From the NCBI GenBank assembly GCA_964412825.1, contig CAYPQH010000004.1:2642-38244 (forward strand): DNA of 35,603 bases. Reading direction: 5' to 3'. The position numbers and the translations under genes were made by a program. Each line of letters opens with the position of its first letter. The stretch's first letter is position 1. This stretch comes from an uncultured Nitrospinaceae bacterium. GTDB lineage: Bacteria > Nitrospinota > Nitrospinia > Nitrospinales > VA-1. Under the pieces are notes generated by a model. That model saw only the letters and a program-made list of their open reading frames with translations, was not told the origin of the DNA and searched no databases. Positions 18,942 through 24,825 of the stretch are shown piece after piece.

Positions 18942-20118
18942 GCCACGCCGTAATAGTTTATTCCCTTTTAAGGCAATCCTGTTTCTTGTTCTGCTTTTTA
19001 TCGGGACGGAATATTATCTGGACCGGTTTCAAATTTTCGATGTTTCCCTGCCAACTTTTGAATCCAGTGAGAAAAATGAATTCTCGGATCGGCAGGACTA
19101 TAAAGACATCATGCAATTACAAAAAGCATTTATTCGCAATGCTAAAAGTATTAAGCCCACCGTTGTCAGTATCAACAAAATTCTGGACAATTATGAACCG
19201 GCCGTTTGGACCGACTCCCCTTCCCATCCCCCACGCCCCTGGTATTTTTCTTTGAAGGAATGGGTATTTAATTCTGTTTCCAAAACTCGGTATCGCATCG
19301 AGAATGTCGGATCTGGAGTCATTCTCAATTCAAAGGGATACGTCCTGACCAATCACCATGTCATAGAAAATATAGAAAAAATAATGGTCCGATTGTCCGG
19401 CGGGGTTGATCATATTGCAAGTTTGGTTGGGGCCGATCCCTTGACAGATCTGGCAGTATTAAAATTTTCAACTTTCCGCAGGATACCCTACCCTGCCTTT
19501 GCCGAATCCCACAGTATGGGTGTCGGCGATTGGGTGATGGCCATTGGCAATCCATACGGATTGGAAGGCACTGTCACAGTGGGCGTGATCAGCGGTATGG
19601 GCCGATCCAACCTGGGAATCGTAAACTATGAAAATTTTATTCAAACCGACGCGTCCATCAACCCTGGGAACAGTGGCGGCCCCTTGATCAATCTCAACGG
19701 TGAGGTCATTGGCATCAATACCGCAGTGGCTGAAATCGGGTCCGGTGTTGGATTTGCCATCCCCATAGAAATGGCTCTGCGCGTTGCAACCCAGCTCATT
19801 AATACCGGTAAAGTCGAACGTGGCTGGTTGGGAGTTGGCATTCAATCGCTGACTCCGGGGCTGGCGTCGTCATTCAATCTCAAACACCCCGTAAATGGGG
19901 TGCTGGTCAATAGCGTTGATCCAGAAACTCCCGCTGAAACGGGTGGAATCGAGAGAGGCGACATCATTGTTCAATTCGATGGCAAGACAATTCCAAGCTC
20001 AAATAAGTTTCAGCAAATGGTGGCCGACACCGCCATCGGAAAAACCGTTTCCATCAAAGTGATTCGTGACGGTGGAGAAACGTTCCTCAAGGTTAAAATT
20101 GGCCGGCTCAATTCCTGA
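18934..20118 (+). CDS. HtrA/DegP-family periplasmic serine protease with one PDZ domain
   Basis: 394 aa with an N-terminal anchor. Catalytic triad contexts: TNHHV, DLAVLK, GNSGGPL. C-terminal PDZ (GWLGVGIQ...GDIIVQFDG). The start overlaps the ubiE stop by 8 nt. Confidence 0.9.
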   Translation: MVEPRRNSLFPFKAILFLVLLFIGTEYYLDRFQIFDVSLPTFESSEKNEFSDRQDYKDIMQLQKAFIRNAKSIKPTVVSINKILDNYEPAVWTDSPSHPPRPWYFSLKEWVFNSVSKTRYRIENVGSGVILNSKGYVLTNHHVIENIEKIMVRLSGGVDHIASLVGADPLTDLAVLKFSTFRRIPYPAFAESHSMGVGDWVMAIGNPYGLEGTVTVGVISGMGRSNLGIVNYENFIQTDASINPGNSGGPLINLNGEVIGINTAVAEIGSGVGFAIPIEMALRVATQLINTGKVERGWLGVGIQSLTPGLASSFNLKHPVNGVLVNSVDPETPAETGGIERGDIIVQFDGKTIPSSNKFQQMVADTAIGKTVSIKVIRDGGETFLKVKIGRLNS

Positions 20119-20260
20119 CTCGCTCCCGCGAGGGGGAAATTGCTCGCGCCGGACTATGGGTTTATGGCTGGCTGAATTCTGTATCGTGCAGTCGTCATTG
20201 TGAGGAGCGTTAGCGACGAAACAACCCAGAGACCCTGGGTTTACCCCTTCGGGGCATGAA
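20119..20260. other. GC-rich structured spacer between convergent htrA and copZ (several consecutive hairpins)
   Basis: ctcgc/gcgag (20119-20132) competes with cgcgag/ctcgcg (20127-20148). Also tcgtc/gacga (20192-20219), acccag-agacc-ctgggt (20224-20240) and cccc-ttc-gggg (20244-20254). No canonical U-tract. Confidence 0.3.
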
Positions 20261-20334
20261 GGCAATGGTGAAAGATCACACGTGAAGATTTTTCATCCTG
20301 ACATCCTCCTCCCCGTGTAAGGGGGCCTGCTCCC

Positions 20335-20547
20335 CTACCCTTCCACCACCTCGAAACCAGCTTCACCAATTTTGGCAGAGATTGTTTTCAAGTCGGTTTC
20401 AATTTCTTCAAACTCCACTGCCACGACTTTCTTCTCCAAATCCACCTGGACCTTGGAAACTCCGGTCAGTTCCTCAAGAGCTTTCGTAATGGTTTGAACG
20501 CAATGATCGCAACTCATTCCATCAACATTGATGACCTGATTTTTCAT
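20335..20547 (-). CDS. copZ: Copper chaperone CopZ (heavy-metal-associated domain)
   Basis: 70 aa. MKNQVINVDGMSCDHCV is the GMxCxxC metal-binding motif in a ferredoxin-like fold. AGGAGA RBS upstream. Confidence 0.85.
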   Translation of the reverse strand: MKNQVINVDGMSCDHCVQTITKALEELTGVSKVQVDLEKKVVAVEFEEIETDLKTISAKIGEAGFEVVEG

Positions 20548-20710
20548 ACCACCTATCTCCTTGATTTAAAATCATATTACCCGAACCATTCCAAAATAAT
20601 CCACATTGGAAAAGTTAAAAATAACGGCAATCCAAGATATCTAATTGCTGACGCGGGACACTCTAAGTAACAAACAAAGTTGGGCAGGGTGAGATTATGA
20701 AGCAAAAATA

Positions 20711-20753
20711 AAAACCTCCTGCGTCTCTTTGAGAAGGGGGCCGGGGAGGTTTT
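20711..20753 (-). terminator. Bidirectional intrinsic-terminator-like hairpin upstream of copZ
   Basis: aaaacctcc (20711-20719) pairs with ggaggtttt (20745-20753). T-runs follow on both strands: minus reads ...ggaggtttttatttttg, plus reads ...ggaggttttctttt. It would stop minus-strand read-through from the cassette into copZ. Confidence 0.45.
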
Positions 20754-21331
20754 CTTTTAAAAGCTCTCAAAAAGACTCGATCAAGAGATTTATCCAGATT
20801 TTACCCTTTAAGAGCCCGGTGTATTTTTATTACAATCACTTCTTTATCTTCCGCATCCCAATTTATAGCAAATTTATTAGCTAAACTTGGACAGTACTCA
20901 TAAACCTCTTTTGTTGAGACGCCTACTCTGATTGGTAAAATCACATTTTTTTCTTAAACTAGTTCCTTTGTAAAAATGAATCAAATTCTCTTTTTGTCCA
21001 ACCTGAATATGGATGGTGCAAAGCATTCGCAGCCCATGCCCGGTACAAACCGGGTGACCAAGGGGAACCTTGGGACAACTGACATTTGTTGAAAAAGTCT
21101 CGGCGCCCGCGCGTGGGAATTATTGGATCGGGCTCTCCGTCGTAGATACACCATAACGACCCTCAAATGTTTCATATCGATCTTTGGAGTGATTAGATCG
21201 CTCTCGATTTGCTACCCTCGAGGGGGGTGGCGACAGCGTGTGCCCATCCTCCTCGGGCGGCTGGTCATTGGACGCACTTAAGTGAACTGGGCGACGCGGC
21301 GCTTCCCCTTGCGGATTGTGGCGGTCTGTCG

Positions 21332-22228
21332 CTAGCACCCAGCGGTTTTGCCACACCCACCGCCACCACCTATCGGTGGCCTCCCCCCCCTACCTCCAAA
21401 GCTCCCTGCTTGCACTCCACCTTGTCCCGGCCGAGCACGGAGACCTCGTACCGCACCATTCGCATTCGCCCGGCCATCCGGCGCGATAACGGGCGCGCTA
21501 TCCTCGATTTCTCGACATCTTGGCTTCGATCTAGGACAGGTCGGCTTGGTTATGCCACTATTGCCGCTCTTCGGGATTAGGTTACCACCGGTCACCCCAC
21601 CCCCAACACGCACGCCGTCCTGTCCCGGTCTGGCACGGAGACCCCGTACCGCACCTCTCGCATTCGCCGGGCCGGCTGCTCCCGGAACACCGGGCATCCC
21701 TTTAACCCTTGCCGGACCCGTTGACCCGGGCTGGTCTTTCTCACCTCTCTTGCCTCTGGGCCGCTGTACCCGCCTTTTGGGGCCCTTATTAACCGCACGG
21801 TCTTGGGATAAACGGCTCCCTCTTTTAGTCCGTTCCGCCATGAGGTGAAGGCCATCGGAAATGCCGGACGGTAACTCTGCGATGATCTGCTGGTCGGCTG
21901 AATCCGTTGCCAGTATTTTTAGAACGTAATCTATGCCGATTGAATGGGGATGTTTATTTCTCCCCAAAATGACTCTTACTTTCCCTATGTGATCTAGAAC
22001 ATTTCCATTGATACCGATTTGTTTTTTATCATCACTCACCACCGCATAGCTGACCACCGGTTTTCTATGCTTGTAGCTCCCGTAAAAATCGTTGGCCTGA
22101 GCAGGAACCGGGGCAACAAACCCGAAAAGCAAAACCACAGTCAGCAACCACCCTAAACCCATTCGAGACGATTTCTTTAAACCGCTACTTTCAACTTCAG
22201 ATCCACTACAACTCAGCGCGTGTTTCAC
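21332..22228 (-). CDS. Hypothetical secreted protein: signal peptide, small beta-rich domain, then GC-rich Gly/Arg/Pro low-complexity tail (possibly a decayed or chimeric gene)
   Basis: GTG start with AAGGAGA 7 nt upstream. Signal peptide LLTVVLLFGFVAPVPAQA. Residues ~50-130 look like an IPT/TIG-type beta domain (weak). From ~21860 downward the composition jumps to GC-rich, with an imperfect Gly-X-Y run (GSTGPARVKGMPGVPGAAGPANARGAV). Other frames are open here too, so the 3' half is uncertain. Confidence 0.45.
   Translation of the reverse strand: MKHALSCSGSEVESSGLKKSSRMGLGWLLTVVLLFGFVAPVPAQANDFYGSYKHRKPVVSYAVVSDDKKQIGINGNVLDHIGKVRVILGRNKHPHSIGIDYVLKILATDSADQQIIAELPSGISDGLHLMAERTKRGSRLSQDRAVNKGPKRRVQRPRGKRGEKDQPGSTGPARVKGMPGVPGAAGPANARGAVRGLRARPGQDGVRVGGGVTGGNLIPKSGNSGITKPTCPRSKPRCREIEDSAPVIAPDGRANANGAVRGLRARPGQGGVQAGSFGGRGGRPPIGGGGGCGKTAGC
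21412..21475. repeat. 64-nt direct repeat, copy 1 (partner at 21610-21673)
   Basis: Hand alignment: 53 of 64 positions identical to 21610-21673. The offset is 198 nt, which is in frame. In the 298-codon ORF it encodes ANANGAVRGLRARPGQGG versus ANARGAVRGLRARPGQDG. Confidence 0.7.
21610..21673. repeat. 64-nt direct repeat, copy 2 (partner at 21412-21475)
   Basis: See copy 1. Confidence 0.7.
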
Positions 22229-22434
22229 TTTTAATTCTCCTTAAAGTTTGTTGGAGGTGAATGAGGGAAGTTAATGGAAGCAAACCAAATACCTTATAAG
22301 CCTAAGCTTTTCTCTGGGGATATTGTCCTCAGGGTTTGCCTTTACGAATCTACCGTACTTTTCCAGACCACACAACCACGTCAAATTGAAATGACTATAA
22401 ACAAATGATTTACACAGTAATTCAAGCAACAAAC

Positions 22435-22482
22435 CTACTGCTCGCAACTCATCCCATCCACATGAATGACCTGACTTTTCAT
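22435..22482 (-). pseudogene. Truncated copZ-like 5' fragment (RBS plus 15 codons, then stop)
   Basis: Minus strand reads ggggagagtggt ATG AAA AGT CAG GTC ATT CAT GTG GAT GGG ATG AGT TGC GAG CAG TAG = MKSQVIHVDGMSCEQ*. Intact CopZ reads MKNQVINVDGMSCDHC. 22442-22487 matches 20507-20552 at 41 of 46 nt by hand alignment. Confidence 0.65.
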
Positions 22483-22557
22483 ACCACTCTCCCCTGTAAT
22501 TATAAGACCCATACTAAACGATCCAACCCGAATACGAGGGATTCCTCCCTTATTGCA

Positions 22558-22598
22558 ACTAATTTTTGTCAAAAAACAGCTTAAATGACAAAATTAGT
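22558..22598. promoter_or_regulatory. 13/14-bp AT-rich inverted repeat ~150 nt upstream of the small ORF at 22757
   Basis: actaatttttgtca (22558-22571) and tgacaaaattagt (22586-22598) are reverse complements apart from one extra T. The spacer is 14 nt. Operator or hairpin; function unknown. Confidence 0.25.
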
Positions 22599-22756
22599 CA
22601 TTTTCGACTCACAACCGTATGATTTTTCGTACCATCATCGAACTTCCCTGTAAATCAATATACATGTAACTCTATATGTTTAAATTAGTTGTAAATTTTG
22701 GCACAACCTTTGCCTTATAACTTATTGAAATTTAATGATTAACAGGAGGAATGACA

Positions 22757-22969
22757 ATGTTTTACGATGTGAGAGTTCTAAACCCAGATGGCACGATGAA
22801 AAAAGTCATCTCCAGCACCGAACTTAAAACAACTCATTGGGATAAATTCAGAAAATCCGAGGAGTCTCTTTCTCTTCAAACCTCTGAGCGACGAAAAATT
22901 CCTCAATGGGTCAAAGAAAAACTGGACTTACAATTTCCAGATTATAGTGAATCCAGATACACAGACTAA
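22757..22969 (+). CDS. Small hypothetical protein (~70 aa), no recognised family
   Basis: AGGAGG lies 7 nt upstream of the ATG at 22757; the ORF track starts at the adjacent ATG 22751. Sequence MFYDVRVLNPDGTMKKVISSTELKTTHWDKF... is charged, with no TM segment or signal peptide. Confidence 0.5.
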   Translation: MFYDVRVLNPDGTMKKVISSTELKTTHWDKFRKSEESLSLQTSERRKIPQWVKEKLDLQFPDYSESRYTD

Positions 22970-23248
22970 ATTTAATTCGTTTGCTTATTTTATCTTCTGA
23001 GTGATAGATGCGTTTCAAGCTATGAGGCCTTTATGAGCCCTTGTTAACCGGCGGACCCATGCCGTCTCGTCTATATCACTGTCCATCCTGCCCTGCAGGA
23101 CAATATTGGCCCTACCTGTCAGCGTAAACCCCATCTTCCGAATTCAACAAAACACAACAATCCACAAAAACAAAGAAAACCATACTCTACATTGTCACAA
23201 AACTGATTGATGATTATTTTTGGGGAGAAAACAAGGAGTAAATACAAA

Positions 23249-23294
23249 GACCCGCTTGAGAGGCGGGGGAGTAGTCCGTCCTTACAAGCGGGTC
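23249..23294. other. Perfect 10-bp inverted repeat with a competing internal hairpin, inside a ~700-nt non-coding tract
   Basis: gacccgcttg (23249-23258) is the exact reverse complement of caagcgggtc (23285-23294). The left arm can instead pair locally as cccgc-ttgagag-gcggg (23251-23267). On the minus strand that local hairpin is followed by tctttgtattt, which is terminator-like. Confidence 0.35.
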
Positions 23295-23669
23295 AGCTAA
23301 CGGGAGGTAACTCATTGTTTTTATACTAACATAATAATATCGCAATAGCAATATTATTGAATTCTGTTGAAATTTCGACTCAAAGCCCGCCCAAGCAAAT
23401 TCTGGCGTTATAAAATTGATGGTTTTTGAAACCCATTGAGTTTTTTTCAACCAAAAAGACGGTTAAACCCTGCTTTACGTAATATTTTGATTTTTCAGCG
23501 TTTTCTTTTATAAAAACACTCAAGAATTCGATATTAAAACCGAAAATTTATACATGGGTCAATCTGGAAGATTGATCACGCAGGTTGTTCATTTTAAGAT
23601 TTTTTTCAACGATATAAGCGAATAACCCACAACCTGTAGCAATACTATATTTCATGGAGGAAATTAATC

Positions 23670-23846
23670 ATGAAGCAGTTCACTTTTAGCGCCCCGCACC
23701 ACCTTAAATTTATTCGATCACAACTATCTGAACAAAACCCATTTCCTCAATTCAGAGGTCATTCTTTGGATTGTGGTTTTCCGCCCAACGGCGGTTTACA
23801 ACAAAATCCATTTTCTTCAATTGTCCGACCGCAAAATATCAAATGA
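23670..23846 (+). CDS. Unannotated 58-codon ORF translationally coupled to the FlgM-like gene
   Basis: Too short for the ORF track. GGAGG lies 9 nt upstream of the ATG at 23670. Hand translation: MKQFTFSAPHHLKFIRSQLSEQNPFPQFRGHSLDCGFPPNGGLQQNPFSSIVRPQNIK*. The stop TGA (23844-23846) overlaps the downstream ATG (23843) as ATGA. Confidence 0.45.
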   Translation: MKQFTFSAPHHLKFIRSQLSEQNPFPQFRGHSLDCGFPPNGGLQQNPFSSIVRPQNIK

Positions 23847-24151
23847 CCGAATTAGATCCCACAAATAAAATTATCCAAAGAAGCTCCGCTAAAAAGCTTC
23901 CAGCCAGGGCCGCCAGGATAACTTCTCAACCGGAAAACACTCCCGTTGCCGACCGTGTCACTTTATCCCATAAGCCAAGTCAGACGCCTCAAAAGGCAGA
24001 CAATGCCAAAACGTCCGGGCAAGTTCGTGATCAGCTGGTCTCTAAATTCCGCGATTACCTTGAGCAGGGAACTTATCAGATCAAAGCCGATGAAATTGCG
24101 AAAAAAATGGTCCAAAAAATTCAGGAAGAAAAGGACCAGACCATTATTTAA
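23843..24151 (+). CDS. flgM: Anti-sigma-28 factor FlgM-like protein
   Basis: ~102 aa from the ATG at 23843; the ORF track opens earlier, at 23771. The N-terminal half looks disordered. It then reads ADRVTLS...VRDQLVSKFRDYLEQGTYQIKADEIAKKMVQ, matching the FlgM C-terminal pattern (V.lS ... V..lK.aI..G.Y.vd...IA.kml). Confidence 0.65.
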   Translation: MTELDPTNKIIQRSSAKKLPARAARITSQPENTPVADRVTLSHKPSQTPQKADNAKTSGQVRDQLVSKFRDYLEQGTYQIKADEIAKKMVQKIQEEKDQTII

Positions 24152-24159
24152 TGCAATCG

Positions 24160-24187
24160 GAAAAACGGGAATATCCGGTCGTTTTTC
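24160..24187. terminator. Hairpin between convergent flgM-like and LRR genes
   Basis: gaaaaacg (24160-24167) pairs with cgtttttc (24180-24187) across a 12-nt loop. The A/T runs give U-tracts in both directions. Confidence 0.3.
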
Positions 24188-24698
24188 ACAAAATTTTGAG
24201 ATCGGTCAACTTTGGAAAGACTCCCGTTTCCAGAAGTTTTTCTTCCCATCGCTTTCCCATCTTATTGGTTCTTAAATCCAGTTTTTCCAGTTTTATCAGC
24301 ACGCTGGTTTTGGCCAACGATTCCATCCCCAGGCGAGTGATTTGATTGTTACGAAGATCCAGCTCCCTTAAATTTGAAAATATTTCTGAATGGGCAATGG
24401 CGTCCAACCCCACATCTCCAAAGCCATTCTTGCGCAAATCCAAAACTTCGAGTTGTTGCAGGCTGGTCTGCTGGCTCAAATAGATGACTTCCAACGCGGT
24501 TATTTCCATGTTCGCAAGTCTCAAAATTTTTGGATTTCTTAGCAGTCGAGACTCGATATATTTGCTGAACAATGTAAGGGAACGGTTCGGATTTGGTTTT
24601 AGCTTTGCATCAATCTCAGCGTTGACCTTATCTATGCCACCTTTGGTGGAATAAAATATCTCAAGAATTTTATCTGTATTCAGTTCTTCATCATCCAT
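24186..24698 (-). CDS. Leucine-rich repeat protein, ribonuclease-inhibitor (RNI)-like repeats, no signal peptide
   Basis: 170 aa. Repeats of ~28 aa: LEVLDLRKNGFGDVGLDAIAHSEIFSN / LRELDLRNNQITRLGMESLAKTSVLIK / LEKLDLRTNKMG. Confidence 0.8.
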   Translation of the reverse strand: MDDEELNTDKILEIFYSTKGGIDKVNAEIDAKLKPNPNRSLTLFSKYIESRLLRNPKILRLANMEITALEVIYLSQQTSLQQLEVLDLRKNGFGDVGLDAIAHSEIFSNLRELDLRNNQITRLGMESLAKTSVLIKLEKLDLRTNKMGKRWEEKLLETGVFPKLTDLKIL

Positions 24699-24825
24699 GA
24701 TTGAGTGACTCTCGTTCCATACTTGGAGGATTTAGTTTCCTCCCCTTACAGGCGAAAGAAAAATTTTTTTAGCCTACCCAATGATCTTTTTAAAAGAAAT
24801 GCTCTCAAACGATCTGGTCCAACTA

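Noticed and set aside
21412-21673. Diversity-generating retroelement (template repeat / variable repeat pair) at the 3' end of the 298-codon ORF
   Set aside because: - The 11 mismatches between the two 64-nt copies are a mix of substitution types: on the + strand t/g, a/g, c/t, t/c, g/t, a/t, c/g. They are not confined to adenines of one copy.
- Both copies lie inside the same ORF.
- No reverse transcriptase (YxDD) ORF exists anywhere in the window.
21209-21848. Plus-strand Pro-rich ORFs (21348..21848, 21209..21580) and minus-strand ORFs 21592..21855, 21120..21356, 20981..21175 as genes
   Set aside because: - They all overlap one another in GC-rich DNA, where stop codons are rare.
- They lack RBSs and recognisable domains.
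- The Pro-rich frame is simply the antisense of the Gly-rich frame.
21000-21860. A structured RNA gene (RNase P RNA, tmRNA, group II intron) explaining the GC-rich block
   Set aside because: I could not find the diagnostic conserved strings on either strand: the RNase P GGAAAGUCCGGGC/ACAGAACCCGGCUUA-type boxes, the tmRNA tRNA-like ends with a tag ORF, or the intron domain V plus an RT ORF. This is only a by-eye check, and an Infernal scan would be decisive.
23214-23450. 78-aa minus-strand ORF in the long non-coding tract
   Set aside because: It has no RBS and low-complexity, AT-driven codons, and it runs straight through the 10-bp inverted repeat. It is more likely non-coding.
23594-23617. 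Sigma-28 promoter upstream of the flgM-like operon (TAAG ... CGATATAA)
   Set aside because: The CGATA core is present, but the spacing to the only TAA(A/G) candidate is about 9-11 nt rather than the canonical ~15 nt. I did not call it as a promoter.
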